64,000 bases of DNA from a virus: the IMG/VR virus record IMGVR_UViG_3300047160_002053, positions 40,163 to 104,162 of that record. One strand, given 5' to 3'. The position numbers and the translations under genes were made by a program. The notes below the pieces were generated by a model. The model did no database searches. It was not told the origin of the DNA and saw only the letters and a program-made list of their open reading frames with translations. Shown in pieces: positions 49,075 to 57,048 of this stretch; the stretch's first letter is position 1; each line of letters begins with the position of its first letter.

Positions 49075-49675
49075 TCTCTGCCTGTACGATCTTGATGAGT
49101 TCATCAAGCGAAACAGGTGCGTAACCGTTAACATCTACGCCGACATTGATCATGAGAGTGCCTTTGGGAGAACGTCGCGTGCGCCATTTTTCATGGACAT
49201 GACCGCAAATTAAAATCTTGCCGTCATCTTCTGGACGCCATTTGGCGTACTTATCTCCGCCGTTCTCGATCTCATAAGGACCCGCATACGGGTGATGACA
49301 CATGCGAACAAGTCCGATGCCAGGCAAATCGACTACAGTTTGTTCCGGAAGAATCTTAAATCCAAACTCTTCATATTTCTGAATCCATTTGGCGCGATTT
49401 TCTTCGGAACGAGATTTTTTATGATAAGAATGGCAGAAATCGTGATTACCAGGAACCAAAAGCTTGGTGCCCATGAGACGTTGAGCGTAAGTTTCTACGG
49501 CTCGAAAAGCCAAAGAAAAGTCGCCAAGATTGTAAACCGTGTCTTCCAGCTTTACAATGCTGTTCCATTTTAGAATCATGTCTTCGTTCATCACCGCAGC
49601 GTCTGGATATGGACGACTGCAATATTTAATTACGTTTTGATGCCAGTAATGCTGGTCTGAACTAAAATAAATCAC
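49064..49675 (-). CDS. calcineurin-like metallophosphoesterase
   Basis: SDQH..H, LGDF, GNHD, HHP, GHVH, NVGVD. Confidence 0.9.
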   Translation of the reverse strand: MIYFSSDQHYWHQNVIKYCSRPYPDAAVMNEDMILKWNSIVKLEDTVYNLGDFSLAFRAVETYAQRLMGTKLLVPGNHDFCHSYHKKSRSEENRAKWIQKYEEFGFKILPEQTVVDLPGIGLVRMCHHPYAGPYEIENGGDKYAKWRPEDDGKILICGHVHEKWRTRRSPKGTLMINVGVDVNGYAPVSLDELIKIVQAENAT

Positions 49676-50298
49676 GGAACCATCCTTTCGATCTCCATAC
49701 GCACGCGCTCTGGAGTCGTTTTCTGGTAAGCTTCGTTGAACATCTCTCTACAGGCCCGAAGTGATTTGGGATGACCTTCAAAGCCTAGTTTAGCAAGAAA
49801 TCGGTAAAAACGGAACACTCTTAAATAATCTTCTCGAATTCTATCGTGAGGTCTTCCGATGAATTTGAGGGTACGACTTTTGATATCCGATATTCCTTTG
49901 TTTGGATCAATAAATTTTACTTCAACGGGATCGTAATAGATTGAATTGATCGTAAAATCTCGCCTTGCTGCGTCATCTTCGAGCGTGCCAATTTCAGTTC
50001 TATCTGGTCTGCGCCCATCGGTAAATCCTGCTTCTTTACGGAAATTTGCAATCTCGAATTGTTGATGCTCTTTGGATACTGCGTAGACAAGGAAGTTTTC
50101 TCCAACGGCATCCACTTTCCAACCATTGTTATCGAATTCTCCACGTAATGTCTCCATATTTGCATCAGTCACAATATCATAGTCTTTAGGCTTACGACCT
50201 AACAGCATATCGCGCACGCATCCACCGACAAGATACGTGTTTTTGCTCGCATTGCGAACCAATAAAAATAACTGCAAAAGTAGCAAATTATCAATCAT
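49672..50298 (-). CDS. cca: class II tRNA nucleotidyltransferase (CCA-adding type), minimal
   Basis: VGGCVRD.LLG..PKDYD, RRDFTIN, EDYLR..R..RF, ERV..E. Confidence 0.85.
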   Translation of the reverse strand: MIDNLLLLQLFLLVRNASKNTYLVGGCVRDMLLGRKPKDYDIVTDANMETLRGEFDNNGWKVDAVGENFLVYAVSKEHQQFEIANFRKEAGFTDGRRPDRTEIGTLEDDAARRDFTINSIYYDPVEVKFIDPNKGISDIKSRTLKFIGRPHDRIREDYLRVFRFYRFLAKLGFEGHPKSLRACREMFNEAYQKTTPERVRMEIERMVP

Positions 50299-50582
50299 AG
50301 TAACGGCAATTCTTTCAAAAATTCTGACACGTCGCGACCATAAGCAGCGAACGCAGTCATAGAATTATCCCAGAAAGGCTCCAGGAATTTTGCTTTATTT
50401 CTAGTTGGCACTTTTTTATAAAGTGCTTTCAGTTTTTTCTCGTCCTTGACGCCAAGATACACGAGGGTTCCATTGGTCCATCCCATCTTTTTCCTCAACA
50501 GGAGTTCAGCAAGAGCGTGACCGCCTTGAACTGCCTGCTGAGCTTTCGACATGTCTGAACGCACAACAACGTACATTTTCAT
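50295..50582 (-). CDS. peptidyl-tRNA hydrolase 2-like protein
   Basis: MYVVVR.D......Q..HA and ..V.L.V..E..L pattern of the PTH2 fold. Confidence 0.7.
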   Translation of the reverse strand: MKMYVVVRSDMSKAQQAVQGGHALAELLLRKKMGWTNGTLVYLGVKDEKKLKALYKKVPTRNKAKFLEPFWDNSMTAFAAYGRDVSEFLKELPLL

Positions 50583-50585
50583 AAA

Positions 50586-51707
50586 TCACTCGAAATAGTT
50601 CGGAACGAAGAAACTTGTGTTCCCTGTAATCAATTTTTCATCTTCACGGATACCTACGCCAACCGGATCAGCGCCGACAATCCAGCTACCAATCACAGGA
50701 CGGTATCCACCGATTTCTGGAAGAGTGAAAAGCTCCTGATAAATATGGCCTTCTTCGCCATATTCTCCGTCTTTTTCTTGAAGAGTTTTGCCAGTTTCGT
50801 CAACCAAAGTAACGTTGGCACCTTCGCGAGAAAAGATAGGCTTTTTCACGTATCCCTTGCCTTGAAGCGGCTCGAACTTAGATTCAAGCAGCAAAGGGTG
50901 ATTAGGATACATTTCCCAGAGAATTGGGAGCAAACCTTTATTTGACAAGATCATCTTCCATGCTGGCTCAATTAGACGGCATTTGTCTTTCAAAAGAGCC
51001 TCGCCAAAATCTTCGTGAACCATGAATTCCCACGGATATAGCTTGAACATATATTCAATGACGTTTTCATCGCCATCGTAAAAATACTCGCCATCACATC
51101 CAACTTCGTCTATGAAAAGGAATTCAACGTTGTGACCGGCTTGTTGAGCAAGATCCATGATGTATTCTGTATTGCGGAAATCCTCAAGACTTTCACGAAC
51201 ACACGTAAAATAGATCTTTGAAGGATTTTCTTTTTCTTTCAAATACTTCCATTGTTCAATAGAAGCTTCATGGATCGAATTGAATTGGTCCTTAAGCTTA
51301 CGATCTTCTTTCCAATACCACTGGATCAATCCAGCTTCCAGAAAAGAAGTAGGAGTGTCCGCATTGTATTCGTACATTTTGATTTGCCCATCTTTCATAG
51401 CCAAATCAAAGCGGCCATAGAACGTGAAGTCATCTCGTTCCCACGACTTTTTGATCAATGGAATACACACATCGGGAATTTGAAGTTTCGCAAAAAGATT
51501 TTTGTCGATGACATGTTGCACTGCTGCAAGACACATGTCTGAAAGCTCTTTAGATGCTGCATAAAGCTTTTCAACTTCTTCAGAAGTGAATTTATAGCCA
51601 GCTTTTTCTTGCCAGTACGGAATATCATCTACAGTGTGATAGTCAAACCCGTATTCCTGCAAGCGTTTCAGATAATCAGTGCGGAAAAAGAATTTTTCTC
51701 GTTTCAC
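50586..51707 (-). CDS. glutathionylspermidine synthase-like ATP-grasp ligase (YgiC family)
   Basis: YGRFD, EYNADTPTS..E, QFNSIHE, FKLYPWE, EP.WK.ILSNK, KP.FSREG.N; GTG start with GGAGG. Confidence 0.9.
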   Translation of the reverse strand: MKREKFFFRTDYLKRLQEYGFDYHTVDDIPYWQEKAGYKFTSEEVEKLYAASKELSDMCLAAVQHVIDKNLFAKLQIPDVCIPLIKKSWERDDFTFYGRFDLAMKDGQIKMYEYNADTPTSFLEAGLIQWYWKEDRKLKDQFNSIHEASIEQWKYLKEKENPSKIYFTCVRESLEDFRNTEYIMDLAQQAGHNVEFLFIDEVGCDGEYFYDGDENVIEYMFKLYPWEFMVHEDFGEALLKDKCRLIEPAWKMILSNKGLLPILWEMYPNHPLLLESKFEPLQGKGYVKKPIFSREGANVTLVDETGKTLQEKDGEYGEEGHIYQELFTLPEIGGYRPVIGSWIVGADPVGVGIREDEKLITGNTSFFVPNYFE

Positions 51708-51708
51708 A

Positions 51709-52197
51709 TTAACCTCCGATGCTCGCGTGACCGTAAGATCCGAATCCTCCACGGCTGATCGCCTTGCCAGAAACTCCTGTTCCAGCTGCGCGGCCAGAAG
51801 TAGCGACCGCTGCCTTTCCGACAGTAGCTTCAACGCCGCCGCCCGATGCGATCTGAGTGTGAGTGAAAGTTTCACCAGTTTGATAGATCACGCCGCGAGA
51901 ATAAACCGTAGAGCGACCGATCCAGTAGCCGTTGTAAAATCCGCTGTGGCCATAGTAACGATATGGATACGCAGGGCCAAGATAATAAGTCTCACCGTTT
52001 TGAGTGACTTTCTCGCAAAGCTTCGACGGATCAAAATCATCGTCATCGTCGAGATTTTTTGCAATCTCAGCTTTCGGATTATCGTTAACGCAGTCACCTT
52101 CAGAACCGTATTTATTTCGGACATCTGCATCCGGACGGCTCGAACAGGAGATCAAGGCGAACATCGAAAGAGGGAGTAAAAGTGTACGTTTTTTCAT
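51709..52197 (-). CDS. YgiB/DUF1190-like lipoprotein
   Basis: Lipobox LISC, Y....DC, C-terminal ISRGGFG; adjacent to YgiC-like gene. Confidence 0.8.
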   Translation of the reverse strand: MKKRTLLLPLSMFALISCSSRPDADVRNKYGSEGDCVNDNPKAEIAKNLDDDDDFDPSKLCEKVTQNGETYYLGPAYPYRYYGHSGFYNGYWIGRSTVYSRGVIYQTGETFTHTQIASGGGVEATVGKAAVATSGRAAGTGVSGKAISRGGFGSYGHASIGG

Positions 52198-52727
52198 CGT
52201 TTATACGCTCCTAGCGGGTGATTTATTCCTAAAATCCTCATAGCCCATAGCTTATCACCATATTGAAAGCCATGCAAGGTCGAAGTGTGAACAAAATTCT
52301 CTTTTTGAGACTCTAACATATCGGAATCATCGTCGATTATAACGTAATCGGTGACTTCTGGATGTCTATTTAGCCAGTCTTGAATTTCTTCTCCGCGTGG
52401 TTTACCAGGAAAACGCGGAGTAACGTCAATAACTGCCTGCGACACGAGCTTAGCGGGAGAAAGAATATTCTTAAGCGATTCTACGGTTTCTCCTAAACGC
52501 CAAGTAGATGAAACGACAATTTTAAGATCTGGGACTTCTCGAATCAAATCCTCTACGTTATTCAGAGCAATGGGATCAAATTCCTGGGCAAGATATTCTT
52601 TTAGAGAACCTTTCCAATCTTCATACATCTCATTTTCCCATTTAGTTTGATCCCTCTTGTGACGCCAAAAGTTAAAGGATTGATGAGAATTTAAGACGCC
52701 ATCAAAATCTAGGAATATAACTCTCAT
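52194..52727 (-). CDS. HAD phosphatase, HAD_SAK_2 family (second copy)
   Basis: IFLDFDGVLN, IVVSSTWR, RGEEI..WL, YVIIDD. Confidence 0.85.
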   Translation of the reverse strand: MRVIFLDFDGVLNSHQSFNFWRHKRDQTKWENEMYEDWKGSLKEYLAQEFDPIALNNVEDLIREVPDLKIVVSSTWRLGETVESLKNILSPAKLVSQAVIDVTPRFPGKPRGEEIQDWLNRHPEVTDYVIIDDDSDMLESQKENFVHTSTLHGFQYGDKLWAMRILGINHPLGAYKR

Positions 52728-53095
52728 GGCTTTTCCATATCGCAATGATAACACACGATTTTAGTATGCGTGAAACCAACTTCCACCCATTTGTGATCGC
52801 ATCCCTTTTTTTCTTCTTCTGGAGGCATGTAACCATAAAAAGGATTCCATGTGCTGCTTTTAGGAAGCTTATCGTTAGTATCAGCTGGTGCGTAATCTAC
52901 TCCAATTTCATTTCCATGTTCATCAATTTTTGTCCATATAGCAAAGGCATCAGACATCGCGTATGGAATAGGGCCTTTATCAGGGAAAGAATCCCATGTA
53001 ACCCAAATATGATCGGATGCCGTGGAAACATAATCCACTTTGCCGGTCAGACCATTTTCATTAACAATGAAGCGATCTCCCTTATTTAATTTCAT
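52724..53095 (-). CDS. hypothetical protein with C-terminal Zn ribbon
   Basis: 123 aa; CDH.W...CYHC. Confidence 0.65.
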   Translation of the reverse strand: MKLNKGDRFIVNENGLTGKVDYVSTASDHIWVTWDSFPDKGPIPYAMSDAFAIWTKIDEHGNEIGVDYAPADTNDKLPKSSTWNPFYGYMPPEEEKKGCDHKWVEVGFTHTKIVCYHCDMEKP

Positions 53096-53241
53096 GGCTT
53101 ATCCTTATGTTTTTTCTTGCGTGTGTATTTAGTTTTATCTGGAACTATTTTTGTGTAATGTACTCCAGCACGAGGAGCTTTCTGCGAAAGCTTTTTTAGC
53201 TCCTCTTTCTGTTTTTTCGTGAATGCAGATACCTTTTTCAT
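53092..53241 (-). CDS. basic microprotein, ArfA-like motif (49 aa)
   Basis: Hand translation MKKVSAFTKKQKEELKKLSQKAPRAGVHYTKIVPDKTKYTRKKKHKDKP; own promoter; ATGA coupling to next gene. Confidence 0.65.
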   Translation of the reverse strand: MKKVSAFTKKQKEELKKLSQKAPRAGVHYTKIVPDKTKYTRKKKHKDKP

Positions 53242-53247
53242 AAAAAC

Positions 53248-53276
53248 AGAATAGTAAACTTTACCTAAAAAGTAAA
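53248..53276 (-). promoter_or_regulatory. sigma70-type promoter, probably leaderless transcript
   Basis: TTTACT-17-TATTCT, 6 nt before ATG 53241. Confidence 0.65.
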
Positions 53277-53277
53277 G

Positions 53278-53481
53278 TTATTTCTGAAATGCTGCGAAGA
53301 GTAAAGATACGCCAATAGAAGGCAGCAGCGTGAACAGGGAGATCATCGTATGGATGAATAGGATCGTCAGCGCAACGCCGTTTGACGCAGGGTAGTGTAG
53401 GCCGATGTTGGCGCTACACATCAGAATCAGAGTTTGAATCAGGGCCAGGTTTACCAGGGCTTTCAATAGAAGCTTTTTCAT
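53278..53481 (-). CDS. two-TM membrane protein
   Basis: 67 aa hydrophobic; AAGGAG SD. Confidence 0.65.
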   Translation of the reverse strand: MKKLLLKALVNLALIQTLILMCSANIGLHYPASNGVALTILFIHTMISLFTLLPSIGVSLLFAAFQK

Positions 53482-54323
53482 TTTGATCTCCTTCAGTCTT
53501 CAGGATATCGCTATCGTATCTAAATGTCCAGCCTTTATGTTGCTTTCTTCCCTGTTTATTCGTAAGAACACGACTTACATTAGAATTTTGTAAATTCAAT
53601 GCCTTAGCGCATTCTTTGCCTGACTCAAAATGAAACTCTTGTTGAGTAGCCAAATTAGTAGCAACGACTGGCTTGCGAATCTTAGGATACAAATTTTTAT
53701 TCCTGCTTTCCTTACGGGCCTCTGAATCAAACCCATTTCTAGATTTGGACATAGAATCTACATGAGACGCGGAAAGCTTAGCGCCTTTTCTTGGATTTCC
53801 ATTTTTTGCAAATTTCTCTTTTATATCTTTTTTGGTTTTTTCTTTATGACACTTTGCACAAAGTATTTGATGATTATTTAATCCAAGAGCGGTTCCACCA
53901 AGAGAAATGGCCATAATATGGTCCACTTCCGGTCGAATACTAATGGGAATCAATTTTTTGAAGCGCCGCATGACCAATTCAATGGATCTTGACGGTATGT
54001 CAGTTTCATAAAATTTGCTGTTTTTGGTAATCGCAGCAGAAAGATATTGCTGCCAAGAAACAGGGCAAGAAGCACATGAATTATTCTGTTTTTTTAGTAA
54101 TTCATATAGACCATGAGCAGACTGAGGTCGTCCCCATGCCAATGCAGCTTTAATACATTGGTCATCCCCGCACCAACGTCGTTTTTGCGCCGGTTAGGGG
54201 TTCCAGGCACCAGACGCAGCATTTCTTAAGTCCTTCCGGTAACTTAAGGTTCCCAAGCGGATACATTCTCTTCTTGGAAGTCTTCGTAATCTCTGGAATT
54301 AAAGGGTTTTTACACTCTTTCAT
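53414..54323 (-). pseudogene. HNH homing endonuclease with NUMOD-type tail, frameshifted at 54182-54186
   Basis: EVDHI..IS.GG...N.Q.LC..CH..KT; upstream ATG 54323 frame (CVWC...) joins the main frame if one base of a 5-base homopolymer is removed. Confidence 0.75.
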
Positions 54324-54344
54324 GCTCTCTTTATATCACGCGCC

Positions 54345-54351
54345 AATCTTA
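54345..54351 (+). promoter_or_regulatory. AATCTTA putative late promoter motif
   Basis: 5 nt before ATG 54357 of a lone plus-strand gene. Confidence 0.6.
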
Positions 54352-54356
54352 AGAGC

Positions 54357-54716
54357 ATGAGTACGCCAACTAAAAATCAATCCCAAACGAATGCCCAAGC
54401 TGCAAATGACGCCCTAGTCGCTGCGGCTAATCAGATTTTCATAGACAATACTGACGCAGCGATTCAAAAAGCGATTGATCAGGGTGTCTTTTTCGTTGAT
54501 TCGATGGCATTTGATAGAAACGTAAATCCGCAGCAAGTTTTCCAGTATTACACGGATCTAGGCTACAATGTCAGCTTTCCTGACTATATTGTAAACCAAC
54601 AACTCGAACCAGCACAGCTGTTTGGTGATTTTTGGATCAATTACTGGCGCAACAATTTGTTGCCTCGTATCGGAGACAAATATCCGATTCGCTTCCTAAT
54701 CAGCTGGAAGCCTTAA
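54357..54716 (+). CDS. hypothetical protein, probably late-expressed
   Basis: 119 aa on opposite strand to neighbours; preceded by AATCTTA. Confidence 0.7.
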   Translation: MSTPTKNQSQTNAQAANDALVAAANQIFIDNTDAAIQKAIDQGVFFVDSMAFDRNVNPQQVFQYYTDLGYNVSFPDYIVNQQLEPAQLFGDFWINYWRNNLLPRIGDKYPIRFLISWKP

Positions 54717-55186
54717 TCCAGTCTATTGCGAATTTCTGCGATCAGGTCCTCAATCATATTGACCTGTTTTACGCCATAGCGCTCGCACACAATATCGACA
54801 TTTCCTTTGCGCCAAAAACCTTCTGGGCAGCAAACGATCAGTTCCGGATGACGATCTTCTCCGGAATCCTTGGCGTGAAGACCAAGTTCAAGAAGTGAAA
54901 TCGGCGACATAGTTGCCGGATCAAAATACATCACAATTAAATCAGACTGCTCAAGAGCACGAAGTTCCCATTGGACTTGTTCTTTGAATTGCGGATTCGT
55001 GATTTTTTGTTCCCAAGAAGAATCCCAATCGTCTCTGCGCGGATTCAGTATAACACAGTTCAAATCAGATAGCGCATTCGTCACGCGAGTTTGCCAATCT
55101 TCTGCCTTGCCCATTTCAATTGAACCGGCCAAGAAAATATTGAACCATCCTAAATCAAGTTCCTGTGGTGCTTTGATTACCTTCAC
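54713..55186 (-). CDS. nucleoside 2-deoxyribosyltransferase-like protein
   Basis: IFLAGSI, DWQ, NPRR, QV.WE, SPISLLELG. Confidence 0.85.
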   Translation of the reverse strand: MKVIKAPQELDLGWFNIFLAGSIEMGKAEDWQTRVTNALSDLNCVILNPRRDDWDSSWEQKITNPQFKEQVQWELRALEQSDLIVMYFDPATMSPISLLELGLHAKDSGEDRHPELIVCCPEGFWRKGNVDIVCERYGVKQVNMIEDLIAEIRNRLD

Positions 55187-55616
55187 GTTTCCTCACTTGT
55201 CTGAAAAATTGTTCGTGTTGAGCTTCGACTTTCCCCATTTCCAAAAGCTTATGGGCCATAATATATCGGCCTTCTTCGGCAGCTTGAATGGCGATCTTTT
55301 CGTAAGAAGCGGTTCCGATCTTTTCCATGATGCCCGCGACGAGCATCGGTAATCGCCAGCCGGTTTTATAACACATCCAGCCAATGATTTCGCCCACGAT
55401 CTCACCGGCCTTATCCAGTTTCTTGTCAGTACACCAACCAAGAAGATCGAGCATCTTTTCGATATCGTAGATGTGTTTTAACTCATCGAGTGCGATCTTT
55501 TGGATATATTCTTGCTCGGCCTTATTGGTCACGGAACGCCAATGACCTTCGTAGGCATGATAGGCCGCGATCTCAGCCGCATGAGCAAATCTAAGTTGTC
55601 TGGCCAGTTTGCTCAC
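55155..55616 (-). CDS. ferritin-like di-iron protein (COQ7-like)
   Basis: AHAAE..A...Y.GH, DELKH, E.....Y, EAQH: two ExxH motifs in a four-helix pattern. Confidence 0.7.
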   Translation of the reverse strand: MSKLARQLRFAHAAEIAAYHAYEGHWRSVTNKAEQEYIQKIALDELKHIYDIEKMLDLLGWCTDKKLDKAGEIVGEIIGWMCYKTGWRLPMLVAGIMEKIGTASYEKIAIQAAEEGRYIMAHKLLEMGKVEAQHEQFFRQVRKREGNQSTTGT

Positions 55617-55824
55617 GAGCGCGCCTTTCCATGTGTTCTTTAGATCTACGCTCCATATCTAATTTGTATTCTTGGTAGATTTTTTTGGTAGTGATTGCCA
55701 ATAAATAGCCACGAGACCAAAAGATGACATGCATCTCCAGACCCTTATAGTAAATAGGTCTTCCTATTGAAATTTCAAATTTTGGGAAAAAAGAAAAAAT
55801 CTTTCCGCGTCTAAAATGGAGCAT
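55591..55824 (-). CDS. hypothetical protein
   Basis: 77 aa; AGGAGG SD. Confidence 0.65.
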   Translation of the reverse strand: MLHFRRGKIFSFFPKFEISIGRPIYYKGLEMHVIFWSRGYLLAITTKKIYQEYKLDMERRSKEHMERRAREQTGQTT

Positions 55825-55842
55825 AACGCCCTCCTACTTAAC

Positions 55843-55871
55843 AGGATAGGGCGTCTTCGGAAAAAGAGCAA
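55843..55871 (-). promoter_or_regulatory. sigma70-type promoter
   Basis: TTGCTC-17-TATCCT. Confidence 0.6.
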
Positions 55872-55967
55872 GGCTTTATTTTGGTCGAGCCGGAGGCGAG
55901 GGCTTGCGCGAAGCGCAAAAACCGCGATAATTTCTTATCTCGATTATATTTGATTTGACGCTTTTAG

Positions 55968-56576
55968 TCAAGATTCGTAATTGTCGTAGTCACCGCGCAG
56001 AGCTTTCAAGAATTTGATCATGAAAGTGACGGGACGACGAAGCAAAACATAGGCAACGCGGTAACAGCGTTGTTTGAAGGTAGGCTTAACAGTTGCAAGA
56101 GTCTTTGCAAGCTTTTCATCATTTTCGCGTTTTTGGAGCATTTCATTCAAGCGACCGACGACATCTTTAAGGCTCGTCTCGGGATCGTTTGATCCAACTT
56201 CTGCGATCTTTTCGACCGTGTTGTATTTTTCAAAAAGTGCGTTATTGATTTCTTCCTGCGAAGGCATGGGAGTCATGGTTTCGGACTTTGTGACCCTGCG
56301 AACGTGCGTGCGCGGAGCGCCATTGGCTTCATCCAGAGCTTCTTGGATTGCTTGACGCAATTCGGCAGGCTTAACACCTTCTTTGCGCATTTTCTCAAGT
56401 TTGAACATCAACTCGCTAGGATTGAGACGGAGTTGCACCGCGATAGATTTGGCTTCAGAATTGTTGAAATCCATTCGCTCATAGGCGTCGGCTTTACGAA
56501 ACTGCTCGATGGCAGCAATGAGAGCATCGACCGACGCTTCTTGATTGTTCGGTGCGTTTTGTGCATTTTCAGACAT
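55968..56576 (-). CDS. hypothetical helical protein
   Basis: 202 aa; AGGAGG SD. Confidence 0.75.
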   Translation of the reverse strand: MSENAQNAPNNQEASVDALIAAIEQFRKADAYERMDFNNSEAKSIAVQLRLNPSELMFKLEKMRKEGVKPAELRQAIQEALDEANGAPRTHVRRVTKSETMTPMPSQEEINNALFEKYNTVEKIAEVGSNDPETSLKDVVGRLNEMLQKRENDEKLAKTLATVKPTFKQRCYRVAYVLLRRPVTFMIKFLKALRGDYDNYES

Positions 56577-56599
56577 CTGACCCTCCTAGGGTAAAAAAG

Positions 56600-56675
56600 T
56601 GGTGGAGCCTATCGGACTCGAACCGATCACCTCCTGCTTGCAAAGCAGGCGCTCTCCCAGATGAGCTAAGGCCCC
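56600..56675 (-). tRNA. tRNA-Ala (anticodon TGC), CCA encoded
   Basis: GGGGCCTTAGCTCATCTGGGAGAGCGCCTGCTTTGCAAGCAGGAGGTGATCGGTTCGAGTCCGATAGGCTCCACCA; cloverleaf with G3:U70 pair. Confidence 0.97.
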
Positions 56676-56782
56676 TCCAAGCAAATCCCGATCCCCTTAT
56701 CCGTTTCTTTGGGGCGGGCAACACGCTAAAGTTGTGTTATGCAAGAGCGCCCTCCGTCGAGGGTCGCGAATCCGGACTCTTA
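56676..56782 (-). ncRNA. structured leader / candidate small RNA upstream of tRNA-Ala
   Basis: Three consecutive hairpins between a TGnTATAAA -10 box (56788-56796) and the tRNA. Confidence 0.4.
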
Positions 56783-56793
56783 ATGTTTTTATA

Positions 56794-57048
56794 TCACAGC
56801 TTGATTCGACCCGCACGGATTTCTTTTAAGGCCCACTCCACGCCCGCATAGAAGCCGCCGACGCGCCCGAAGTAGTTTGCCAGGATCTCGGTGTCATTGC
56901 GGTACACCGCATCTTTAGTGCCTTTGAGGGCGGTAAAAACGGCTTCCCTCTCTTCTGCTTCGGCCTTAGCTGCCGTGCGAATATCCTCGTGGGTCTCTTC
57001 AGGCGCAGACGGGACAAGGTGCGTTAGGTCCGACATGGGATTCTTCAT
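56794..57048 (-). CDS. hypothetical protein
   Basis: 84 aa, coupled to upstream gene. Confidence 0.6.
   Translation of the reverse strand: MKNPMSDLTHLVPSAPEETHEDIRTAAKAEAEEREAVFTALKGTKDAVYRNDTEILANYFGRVGGFYAGVEWALKEIRAGRIKL

Noticed and set aside
51708-51875. N-terminal extension of the Gsp-synthase-like ORF
   Set aside because: Overlaps the YgiB-like gene; GTG 51707 has a GGAGG SD and gives the expected family length
56726-56750. sigma28-like -35 (TAAAGTTG) near the tRNA
   Set aside because: No CCGATA at the required spacing; better explained as a hairpin loop of the minus-strand RNA
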